Source: Candidatus Poriferihabitaceae bacterium (GTDB lineage Bacteria; Pseudomonadota; Gammaproteobacteria; Arenicellales; Poriferihabitantaceae). From it: DNA of 64,000 nucleotides. Shown here piece after piece: positions 11,220-19,442 of this stretch (position 1 is the first letter of the stretch; each line of letters begins with the position of its first letter). The position numbers and the translations under genes were made by a program. The stretch is from positions 89,778 to 153,777 of the forward strand of contig CBDEFQ010000009.1 in assembly GCA_965237485.1 (NCBI GenBank), written 5' to 3'. Below the pieces are notes generated by a model, which was given only the letters and a program-made list of their open reading frames with translations, was not told the origin of the DNA and did not search any database.

Positions 11220-11490
11220 ATCGAATAACCAAGTACTTCTTACAATTAACCGTTAACTTCTTACCCAGTGTTGCTCAATGTTGGTGAAAATCTGAAATGA
11301 AATAATCGAACCTACACATACCTGACGGGGACGCTGGCTTAACCATAGCCGATATCGTGTTAAGGTGTGCAGGTAGCGAATCACATTAAGGCTTGGTCTG
11401 GCGATTCACCCGACCTAATAATAGCCGGATATATGTCTGCAATTACTCATTTCTAGCAAAACCAGCGTTGACTTCAAGGGAGGTATTCAT
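11220..11490 (+). ncRNA. Candidate bridge-RNA-encoding 3' non-coding end of the IS1111-type element
   Basis: About 270 nt with no ORF between the transposase stop and the terminal repeat. Assigned only by analogy with published IS110/IS1111 bridge RNAs. No covariance model was applied. Confidence 0.3.
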
Positions 11491-11567
11491 ATATGTCCCC
11501 CGAATTCCTCATAACTTGCATATCTTAATCTGTTCTCATCCTGAATATCAATCGAGAAACTCATCAT

Positions 11568-13273
11568 CCTAAAAAACGCAGTTAAAGCCTCTCCAATGAG
11601 GCCAACATAAACAACCCTTCCATCGTCGCTACTGCCTCCGAGACACTTTAGCCAAGTAAACAGCGGTCATCTGGCGGTTGAAGAATCGTTCCACCAAGAT
11701 ATTTCTTCATCGCCTCGCTTAGAATGCGGCACCAAACTTGCGCCACGCTCAACTGCGGCGCAATCGCCTTCAATGAATTAAAGACGTGTTGTATTTGGTC
11801 AAACGTGTCGCGAATTAAGTCGGCCTTGGCGTGCGTGCTAGTAATCGTCATAGTCTTTTTCCGCCCCGATTCAGTAACGCGCCCCACCGAACTCAGTAAT
11901 AGCGGTCGACTAGTAATCGCTTCCATATGTTTGTCTGGGTTAGCCAGCCTAGTGAATATATTCCACCCGTTATAAATCAAGGCAATGATCCGCGCTATAA
12001 AGCGACAGGGCTTGATATCGGCGGTAGTAAACCCGCCCCAACCCCAATGGTTCTTGATTTCATCAAAATTGTTTTCGCAGTCGGCTCGATCTCGATAATG
12101 TTGGACGATGCTAATCACCTCATCGTCTAATGAGGTGACCAGAACAGCGTATTCAAACGCGCGAATATCATCCGCTTCTTGCAAAAAACCAAAGCTCTGC
12201 TGGCCTTGACTTTTCTCTTCCAATACCAGCAGCGCGTCCTTTGCTAAACGACGACGAACGATTACCACGCGCCGATGATCGTTCCACGCAGCCAACTTCA
12301 AACAACTTTCTTTGGCTTCCCAGCCATCGATAACATAATCCCAGCCCGACACGCTATGCTGCTGCTGTATCAGTTGCTTAACGTACTTAGACTTCCTTAG
12401 CTTAAACAAGTAATTGACGCCTCTTTGTTCTGCAGTGCTCATCACATCCTGGGTACCCCAGTCACAATCGCCTCGAATAAAGTGCGGCCAAGATGAACGT
12501 GGCAATCGATCCAACAGCTCCCATAGACCCGGCGAAGAATGACTAGCAGCTACCTCAGTGCCAGACTTGACCTCAACATCCAATACAAGACGAAGATTGA
12601 CAATCATATAGGTGTGATACGTGTGCGAGGGCCGGCCAGGTTTGTGTGGATTATAGCCAACCTTGGCACCTTCTTGATGACCGTATAGCGGTTTAACCGT
12701 TACGTCACAATCCAATATCCATGGCTGTGTGAGCAAGGGCTCGTAGCAACGCTGCAAATGAGTTTGTAGCCAGGCTATACCTTGTTCCTCATCCATCTTC
12801 TTCAGCGCACGGCGCGCCGAATCGTCGCTAACCGCTTTGGTCATTCCAAGCATTTTGGTGTTGATACGATCGCCCATTAAGCTGGCCATGTGTGCGTAGC
12901 GATTGTGACCCGAGAGAACAGACAACAAAAATGAGCCCAACACATTGATCTTCTCAGGTGCGTTATTGCTTCGATATTCCAATGGGCAACTGCTCACCCA
13001 TGGCTTAAACAGACCACCAAGTTTTAAATATTGAATGAAAAAAGGCAACGGTCCTATGGGCGTTACTGCCGCTGACGGATCCCATTCAACGTGAATTTTT
13101 CCATCGAACGTTTCAGTCGATAATAAGGTGGAAACAGCGTTTGAAACCTCCGGTTTTAGCGCACCCTCTGGGTGAAAGGATTTATCTTTGGCGACCATGG
13201 TGTTTCTCCTTTTAATTCAATTGATTGCAACGATAATACATCCGTTAGTGGAGGTTCAACTGATTTTTCTAGG
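11568..13273 (-). mobile_element. IS1380-family insertion sequence, copy B (inverted relative to copy A)
   Basis: Same 1706-bp unit as 3820-5525. Flanks are ..TCATCAT and ATTAACC.., with no target duplication. Confidence 0.85.
11648..13198 (-). CDS. IS1380-family DDE transposase (516 aa)
   Basis: Differs from 3895..5445 by one residue (MSTAEQ versus MSAAEQ). Confidence 0.85.
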   Translation of the reverse strand: MVAKDKSFHPEGALKPEVSNAVSTLLSTETFDGKIHVEWDPSAAVTPIGPLPFFIQYLKLGGLFKPWVSSCPLEYRSNNAPEKINVLGSFLLSVLSGHNRYAHMASLMGDRINTKMLGMTKAVSDDSARRALKKMDEEQGIAWLQTHLQRCYEPLLTQPWILDCDVTVKPLYGHQEGAKVGYNPHKPGRPSHTYHTYMIVNLRLVLDVEVKSGTEVAASHSSPGLWELLDRLPRSSWPHFIRGDCDWGTQDVMSTAEQRGVNYLFKLRKSKYVKQLIQQQHSVSGWDYVIDGWEAKESCLKLAAWNDHRRVVIVRRRLAKDALLVLEEKSQGQQSFGFLQEADDIRAFEYAVLVTSLDDEVISIVQHYRDRADCENNFDEIKNHWGWGGFTTADIKPCRFIARIIALIYNGWNIFTRLANPDKHMEAITSRPLLLSSVGRVTESGRKKTMTITSTHAKADLIRDTFDQIQHVFNSLKAIAPQLSVAQVWCRILSEAMKKYLGGTILQPPDDRCLLG

Positions 13274-13316
13274 ATTAACCCAAACCATTTCATCTTATAA
13301 CCAACAGGAAAATACT

Positions 13317-14062
13317 ATGACTCCACAACAAACCCTTACCCAACTGAATGAATTACGCCTAACGGGCATGGCCGAGCAACTGTGCCATCAGTTCGACCCA
13401 CCTAACACTTATGATGAGCTGGGCTTTATCGAACGACTCAGTTTGCTCGTAAACCACGAGGCCACCGTGCGGGATAACCGCAAAGTCACGCGTTTACTCA
13501 AGCAAGCGAAGTTACGATATCGCGCCCAAGCAGACGACATCGATTACCGAACTAGACGAGGTTTACACAAAGACACGGTAGCGCAGTTACTGCCCTAGAC
13601 GGGGTAAACAAAAGCCGCAATGTCATCATCCAGGGCCCTACAGGCACCGGCAAAACCTTCTTGGCCTGTGTGTTAGGACAAGCGGCTTGTGAGCACGGCA
13701 TTAGCACAAAATATATTCGTGCTAGCCGCTTATTTGAAGCAATGACCTTGAGCCATGGTGATGGCAGTTACACCAAGCTACTGGCACAAATAGCAAAAAT
13801 CAAACTATTGATTATCGATGACTGGGGCTTGGATACACTGACTCAGCAAAACCGTAATGACCGATTAGAAATAATAGAAGATCGCCACGGTAATGGCGCC
13901 ACCTTAATCACCAGTCAATTGCCCACACAACATTGACATGATGCGATTGGTGAAGCCACTTTGGCTGATGCGATTCTGGATCGCTTATTACACAACGCGC
14001 ACAAAATACAATTAGAGGGGGAATCGATGAGAAAAATCCAGTCACAACAGAGCAAAGTGTAG
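13317..14062 (+). pseudogene. istB: IS21-family helper ATPase IstB, with internal stops and frameshifts (istA lost to IS1380 copy B)
   Basis: MTPQQTLTQLNELRLTGMAEQL..VRDNRKVTRLLKQAKLRY is a typical IstB N-terminus. There is a stop at 13596, the Walker region is shifted (QGPTGTGKTF read in another frame about 13630), and ..LLIIDDWGLD.. is followed by a stop at 13934. The tail ..[17 protein letters not shown] ends at 14062. Confidence 0.75.
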
Positions 14063-14250
14063 CCACTTTACGTTAAAATCACTTGACCGTTTGAAGGCTT
14101 GGTGCAAGTGGCCACACTTCGTAAAATTCGGTGGCCACGGTTGTAAAAATACGCATTTGGGTAAAGTCTCTTACCTAATCCTTGATGCGCGTTATGAAAA
14201 GGTGCGTGAGGGCCACCAAGTGATGATACTGTAACTTCAGGTATGGCCGG
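14063..14250. mobile_element. IS scrap: IS21 terminal region joined to a ~75-nt internal piece of IS256 type B and a 22-nt junction fragment
   Basis: 14150-14228 matches the complement of 1905-1980 with a few mismatches. 14228-14249 is the complement of CCATACCTGAAGTTACAGTATC at 2579-2600. Confidence 0.6.
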
Positions 14251-14344
14251 CGCAGGCGGCATCGACGGAGTCTTAGGTCAAGTATTAGGCGGCGGCGCAC
14301 TCATGGTGGTCGTAGGCTTAGTCAAAAAAATGTTGGCGAAGTAA
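14243..14344 (+). CDS. 33-codon glycine-rich hydrophobic ORF, probably the 3' remnant of a small membrane-protein gene
   Basis: MAGAGGIDGVLGQVLGGGALMVVVGLVKKMLAK followed by a good terminator. Upstream DNA is IS debris, so the ATG may be fortuitous. Confidence 0.3.
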   Translation: MAGAGGIDGVLGQVLGGGALMVVVGLVKKMLAK

Positions 14345-14368
14345 TAATCTCTTACATTCGTAAACGCA

Positions 14369-14396
14369 AAGCCTGGGTTCGCAACCGGGCTTTTTT
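14369..14396 (+). terminator. Rho-independent terminator
   Basis: AAGCCTGG-GTTCGCAA-CCGGGCTT stem (one G-U pair) followed by TTTTTT. Confidence 0.7.
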
Positions 14397-14631
14397 GTGC
14401 CCGCCTGATCGGCACAACGCAACAAGTTACTGCCTTCAGATTGACTAAATGGGCCTATCGGACAATATGTTTTGTTACTACGAAAGTGCCACTTTGGGCT
14501 TTCCCCTGCTTGCTTTCGCCCAATGGGACAACCGTTAAGCTCACCCACCAGAAAACTGTCCTCAAATTCCCGCTTTCTGGCTACGCAAATTATTAGCCGA
14601 CAAGCCCTAAATCTAGCAGTACAATTGCGTC

Positions 14632-15495
14632 ATGAGAGAATTCGACACTAACCAATTATGTATTGCGCCCAACAGTGGGTTTAATATTGGCCAATCTGCA
14701 ACAGATGCTTTAAGCAACGAGGGCAAGAACAAACTCGAAAAACAGCTACGCACCTTAACCAAGCAATTTTCCAAACTACAACGCGTGCTGTACGCAGATG
14801 ATTCGCGCTCGCTCTTGCTTATTTTCCAAGCGATGGACGCGGCAGGAAAAGACAGTACGATTCGAGCGGTGACATCAGGCGTTAACCCGGCTGGCTTTCA
14901 AGTTTCATCGTTTAAGCAACCCTCTAAAAATGAACTGGATCACGACTTCTTATGGCGTAGCGCGACGCGCCTTCCAGAACGTGGTCGAATCGGCATTTTC
15001 AATCGCAGCTATTATGAAGAAACCCTAGTGGTTCGCGTACACCCTGAATATTTAGGCGGACAGCGATTGCCGAATCAACCGCCACTGGATACGCTTTGGC
15101 AACAACGCTTCGAGTCTATAGTCGAGCACGAACGCCACCTAGATCGCAACGGCACTAAAGTAATTAAGTTCTGGCTCAACGTTTCTAAAGACGAACAAAA
15201 GAAGCGATTCCTAGATCGGCTGCGTAACCCCAAAAAATACTGGAAGTTCTCTGATAGTGATTTAAAAGAGCGCGCGTTGTGGCCACAATACATGCAGGCT
15301 TACGAAGCCATGCTTAACGCAACTTCGACTTCTTTTGCGCCGTGGTATGCAGTACCCGCCGACAACAAGTTATGGATGCGTGTACAAATCGCTTCGATCA
15401 TTGTTAATACGTTACAAGGCATACAGCTGGGTTACCCTGAAGCGCGCAATATAGATCAATTCTCCGAATTCGAAGCCAGCTTACTCGCCGAGTAA
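14632..15495 (+). CDS. ppk2: Polyphosphate kinase 2 family protein (polyphosphate:nucleotide phosphotransferase)
   Basis: LLLIFQAMDAAGKDSTIRAV (Walker A), FLWRSATRLPERGRIGIFNRSYYEE, typical PPK2 length (287 aa). Confidence 0.85.
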   Translation: MREFDTNQLCIAPNSGFNIGQSATDALSNEGKNKLEKQLRTLTKQFSKLQRVLYADDSRSLLLIFQAMDAAGKDSTIRAVTSGVNPAGFQVSSFKQPSKNELDHDFLWRSATRLPERGRIGIFNRSYYEETLVVRVHPEYLGGQRLPNQPPLDTLWQQRFESIVEHERHLDRNGTKVIKFWLNVSKDEQKKRFLDRLRNPKKYWKFSDSDLKERALWPQYMQAYEAMLNATSTSFAPWYAVPADNKLWMRVQIASIIVNTLQGIQLGYPEARNIDQFSEFEASLLAE

Positions 15496-15521
15496 GCACG
15501 CCAAACGCTCACCCTGACTAA

Positions 15522-16940
15522 GTGCCCACCGATCATTCAACGCTCATTGGCGCACTTAAAACTATTGTTGGGCCACGCCATGTAAAACAACAGCCTAACC
15601 AGATTCGCTCATATCTAGCTGAGCGCCGCAACCATTACGCTGGCGACTGCATTGCGGTGGTTTTACCAAACACCACGCAACAAGTAAGTGACTGTGTTAA
15701 GGCCTGTGCAAAGCATAAAACTTCTATCGTGCCTCAGGGTGGGAATACTGGCTTGTGCGGCGGCACTGTGAGTAATAGGGAGCAGATCATATTATCTACT
15801 AACCGCTTAAATTCCATTCGTGGTCTCGATGAAGATAACTACTCCATGACAGTTGAGTCGGGCGCTATCTTAGCGGACATCCAAACGGCTGCACAGCAAC
15901 AAGATCGGTTTTTTCCGCTGAGCTTAGGGGCACAAGGCAGCTGCCAAATTGGGGGCAATCTTTCCACTAATGCTGGAGGGATGAATGTTTTACGCTATGG
16001 AAACACTCGCGACCTGTGCCTCGGTATCGAAGTCGTATTAGCCAATGGTGACGTGCTATCCGATTTAACTGGTCTGCGTAAAAACAATACAGGATACGAC
16101 CTTAAGAATCTTTTTATCGGTGCAGAAGGCACATTAGGCATTATCACCGCGGCCACGCTGAAGCTATTTCCTCAACCTAAATGGGCAGCCACGGCCTTGA
16201 TTGCGGTTCCGAAACTGCAGAATGTGGCTCACTTTTTCTCCACGCTACGCGAAGCCAGTAGCGACCAAATTAGCACTTTTGAGCTCATACCGCGCTTAGC
16301 AATTGAGCTAACCGAGCAATACTTTCCTGAGCATAAAGATCATTTTAGCCGCCCTTATCCATGGTATGTGTTGACCGTCTTACACGGAACTTCCATTGAG
16401 AACCACGTTGAAAATTGTTTAGACAAAGTGCTCACTTTCAGCCTAAGACAAAGCTGGATAAGTGACGCGGTGGTTGCACAAAATGAAACCCAAACAGAAA
16501 AGCTAATGCTCTTAAGAGAACAATTAGTAGAAACCCAGAGAAGGCAGGGCGCATGCGTATCCCACGATATTGCAGTACCGATTTCATCTATTCCCGCGTT
16601 TATTAGCCAAGCTGAAATATTAATAGAGAAAATAATGCCTGCTGCACAGCCCTACGCATTTGGCCACTACGGCGACGGCAATATTCACTACAATGTATTA
16701 CAGCCCAGCGGCATAGATACGGCGGTATTTAGTGAAGCGGCACCTCAATTGACCGAAGCCATTTATAATTTAGTAAATCAATTTGAAGGTTCGTTTAGTG
16801 CCGAACATGGAATAGGCTTATTAAAAAGGCAAACCATGGCCAAATACAAGCATCCTGTAGCCATTGAGGCAATGAAAGCGATTAAAGCTGCGCTTGATCC
16901 GGACGGAATATTTAACCCCGACAAGGTCATTCCTAGTTAA
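15522..16940 (+). CDS. FAD-binding oxidoreductase of the GlcD / D-2-hydroxyacid dehydrogenase type
   Basis: 472 aa. PQGGNTGLCGG FAD-binding motif, GYDLKNLFIGAEGTLGIIT, C-terminal HGDGNIHYN and SAEHGIGLLK. Confidence 0.8.
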   Translation: MPTDHSTLIGALKTIVGPRHVKQQPNQIRSYLAERRNHYAGDCIAVVLPNTTQQVSDCVKACAKHKTSIVPQGGNTGLCGGTVSNREQIILSTNRLNSIRGLDEDNYSMTVESGAILADIQTAAQQQDRFFPLSLGAQGSCQIGGNLSTNAGGMNVLRYGNTRDLCLGIEVVLANGDVLSDLTGLRKNNTGYDLKNLFIGAEGTLGIITAATLKLFPQPKWAATALIAVPKLQNVAHFFSTLREASSDQISTFELIPRLAIELTEQYFPEHKDHFSRPYPWYVLTVLHGTSIENHVENCLDKVLTFSLRQSWISDAVVAQNETQTEKLMLLREQLVETQRRQGACVSHDIAVPISSIPAFISQAEILIEKIMPAAQPYAFGHYGDGNIHYNVLQPSGIDTAVFSEAAPQLTEAIYNLVNQFEGSFSAEHGIGLLKRQTMAKYKHPVAIEAMKAIKAALDPDGIFNPDKVIPS

Positions 16941-16954
16941 GCACCCCAGAACAC

Positions 16955-16996
16955 TGTCCAGACCAAATTGATGGATTCATCAATTTGGTCTGGACA
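16955..16996. terminator. Perfect 19-bp stem / 4-nt loop palindrome between convergent genes (bidirectional terminator candidate)
   Basis: TGTCCAGACCAAATTGATG-GATT-CATCAATTTGGTCTGGACA. No flanking T-run. See the finding on its similarity to an IS end. Confidence 0.5.
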
Positions 16997-17001
16997 ATGT
17001 A

Positions 17002-17649
17002 CTAGGGTGACAACCGCTCGGTCTTCCAGTCACCCGCTTCAAGTCGATAACTAAAACGGTCGTGCAAGCGATTATCACGCCCTTGCCAAAACTCGATCTG
17101 TAACGGCACTACATTATACCCACCCCAATACGGAGGCAACTCAACATCCTTGCCCTTAAATCGCAACATCGCATCGCGTTCGCGTTGCTTTAATTGCTTA
17201 CGGCTGGTTATCACTGTACTTTGCGCAGATGCCCATGCGCCTATTTGGCTAGCCCGAGCGCGTGATTGAAAGTAGCGCAATGAATTATCACGGCTCACTT
17301 TACTGGCAACGCCTTGCACAATCACTTGTCGGTGCAGGCTTATCCAAGGGAATATCAAACTGACTTGATCATTTAGTGCCAATTCACAGCCTTTGCGGCT
17401 TTCGTAGTTAGTGTAGAACCTAAACCCTTTCTCATCATAACTCTTCAATAGCACCGTACGTTGCGAAGGTGCAGCTTGTTTGCTCGATGTTGCAACTATC
17501 ATCGCATTGGGTTCAAATAACCCGGTAGCGATGATCTGCTCAAACCAAATTTTAAACAGTTCTAGCGGCCGCGCTGGCATTTTCGACAAACTCAATCCAC
17601 TGGATGAATAAGACCGGCGTAGTTTCTGGATATCAACTGGCTGGTTCAC
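17002..17649 (-). CDS. pdxH: Pyridoxamine 5'-phosphate oxidase
   Basis: 215 aa. RTVLLKSYDEKGFRFYTNYESRKG, IEFWQGRDNRLHDRFSY, C-terminal ERLSP. Confidence 0.9.
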   Translation of the reverse strand: MNQPVDIQKLRRSYSSSGLSLSKMPARPLELFKIWFEQIIATGLFEPNAMIVATSSKQAAPSQRTVLLKSYDEKGFRFYTNYESRKGCELALNDQVSLIFPWISLHRQVIVQGVASKVSRDNSLRYFQSRARASQIGAWASAQSTVITSRKQLKQRERDAMLRFKGKDVELPPYWGGYNVVPLQIEFWQGRDNRLHDRFSYRLEAGDWKTERLSP

Positions 17650-17769
17650 TTGAAACTCTCAAAATAAAAAGTGGATTTTAGCGGGTTTACGAGCAACCCG
17701 TCTCCTTGTTTTAGCTATAATGCGCGCCAACAACCCTGCCCAATTTTCTCTACATTTTAAAATAATACT

Positions 17770-19188
17770 TTGAAGAACCACAGTAATCACTTGATCGTTG
17801 CAATGGCAATCACTGTGATGACTGCTTGTTCCAGTGTACCTGAGGAGAAGCCTACTACAATTACGCAACAGGCAGAACCACGAACTGAGAAATCTAATTC
17901 TGCCAAGCCAACACCTGAGGCACAACAAAGCAAACTCACCCTCAGCGTAGCTAAAGCAAAGCCGAAACCAAAGCACACGGTAGCGGCGCCAATACCGATA
18001 GCTCCAAAAGAGCTATGGCAAAGAATGCGTGAAGGCTTTAGCTTGCCAAAGCTAAACACTAAACGAGTCCAATTTTATGAGCGTCAGTTCACTGCAAAAC
18101 CTGAATACATTCAGCGAATATTTACCCGAGCAAGCTGGTTCTTACCGAGCATTTTAGATTCGGTAGAAAAACTGGGATACCCCACCGAAATTGCCCTATT
18201 GCCCGCTGTTGAAAGTGCATTTAAACTCGATGCCAAATCCCACTCTGGCGCATCAGGGCTGTGGCAATTTATTGCCAGCACTGGAAGGCTGTATGGTATG
18301 CATGAGAATTGGTGGTATGACGCGCGGCGCGACCCTGACCTATCAACCGCAGCGGCGCTTAAGTTTTTAGGCGAGCTGAACGCAAGGTTTGATGGCGATT
18401 GGTTTTTATCTCTAGCTGGCTACAACGCAGGTGGAGGCAATATAGAAAATGCGATTCGTAAGAACAAGCGCAGTAATAAATCTTCCAATTATTCCTCATT
18501 AAAGCTGCGCAAAGAAACCGCGCATTACGTACCAAAGTTAATTGCGTTTAAAAATATTATAATTAACCCCGAGCACTTTAATATCAAACTGCCGACAATG
18601 CCGCGCAAGCCTGTTCTGACAAGCATTGATGCAGGATCGCAAACTGATTTAAGTATTTTTGCCTCTAAGATTGGGGTCGATAGTCGCACGCTTAATTTCC
18701 TCAACCGGGCATATAAGCACGGTGTTACTCCCCCAGAAGGCCCGCACCGAATCCAGATACCCATAGCCAAAGCGGCAATAGCAAAACAAGAATTAAAACA
18801 ATTGGGGGAGCAAGATAAGATGCAATGGGCTCATTACCGTGTCCAGCCAGGCGATGTACTAGAGGGGATCAGTTATAAATACAATGTCTCGGTGGCGGCA
18901 ATTAAACGCACCAACAAGTTGAAGTCAGATGTCATTTACCCCGGTAAAATTTTGTTAATCCCGATAATCAAAGGAGCGAAGCGTGTAATTACCAGTGTTA
19001 GTAACAATAGTGCTTCTAAACAATTGGGCACTAAGGTCACTCACCGCGTTCGCAAGGGCGACACCCTTTGGGAAATTGCGCGCAGATATGGTGTTAAAGT
19101 CGCACAGATTTCTTTGTGGAATAAGATCAGCCAATCACAAACGCTGCGGCTGGGTCAGAAATTATTGATCTATCCTAGATCGTCATAA
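17770..19188 (+). CDS. mltD: Membrane-bound lytic murein transglycosylase D-like lipoprotein (SLT domain plus two LysM domains)
   Basis: Lipobox VMTAC. SLT catalytic region LLPAVESAFKLDAKSHSGASGLWQF. Two LysM repeats (YRVQPGDVLEGISYKYNV.., HRVRKGDTLWEIARRYGV..). Confidence 0.85.
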   Translation: MKNHSNHLIVAMAITVMTACSSVPEEKPTTITQQAEPRTEKSNSAKPTPEAQQSKLTLSVAKAKPKPKHTVAAPIPIAPKELWQRMREGFSLPKLNTKRVQFYERQFTAKPEYIQRIFTRASWFLPSILDSVEKLGYPTEIALLPAVESAFKLDAKSHSGASGLWQFIASTGRLYGMHENWWYDARRDPDLSTAAALKFLGELNARFDGDWFLSLAGYNAGGGNIENAIRKNKRSNKSSNYSSLKLRKETAHYVPKLIAFKNIIINPEHFNIKLPTMPRKPVLTSIDAGSQTDLSIFASKIGVDSRTLNFLNRAYKHGVTPPEGPHRIQIPIAKAAIAKQELKQLGEQDKMQWAHYRVQPGDVLEGISYKYNVSVAAIKRTNKLKSDVIYPGKILLIPIIKGAKRVITSVSNNSASKQLGTKVTHRVRKGDTLWEIARRYGVKVAQISLWNKISQSQTLRLGQKLLIYPRSS

Positions 19189-19442
19189 TACAACTAGCTA
19201 CAGCTTAAAGCGCATGGTAATCGCGTTTTCGCGTTGCCCATCTTTTTCAGAGTAATAGTCCTTACGTATCCCTAATCTTGTCGAAACCGACCTTTTGATA
19301 CAGCCGAAGCGCTGCTAAATTTGATTGGCGTACTTCTAAAAATAGGTTATCGAAATTGCGCAAAGCTAAATCTAAGCGTAAACTTTGCAGTGCTTTACTT
19401 GCGTAGTTGAGCCGCCGATACTTAGAAAACACCACAATATTT

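Larger units (their letters stand above)
8704..11490 (+). mobile_element. IS110-family element of the IS1111 type, disrupted by an IS256 insertion
   Basis: 13-nt inverted repeat ATGAATACCTCCC at 8704-8716, complemented at 11478-11490. Short 5' non-coding end (about 80 nt) and long 3' non-coding end (about 270 nt), which is the IS1111-group layout. Confidence 0.65.

Noticed and set aside
3820-13273. Composite transposon formed by the two inverted IS1380 copies
   Set aside because: Copy A has its own 5-bp duplication and the outer flanks of the pair (TTCAG / ATTAA) do not match. The cargo is only IS debris. It is better explained as independent insertions.
14318-14548. 76-aa minus-strand ORF upstream of ppk2
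   Set aside because: It runs through the plus-strand terminator hairpin and has no start context. It is probably an intergenic artefact.
17659-17976. 105-aa minus-strand ORF overlapping the mltD start
   Set aside because: It is antisense to the well-supported mltD lipoprotein signal region, is Cys/Leu/Arg-rich, and has no RBS.
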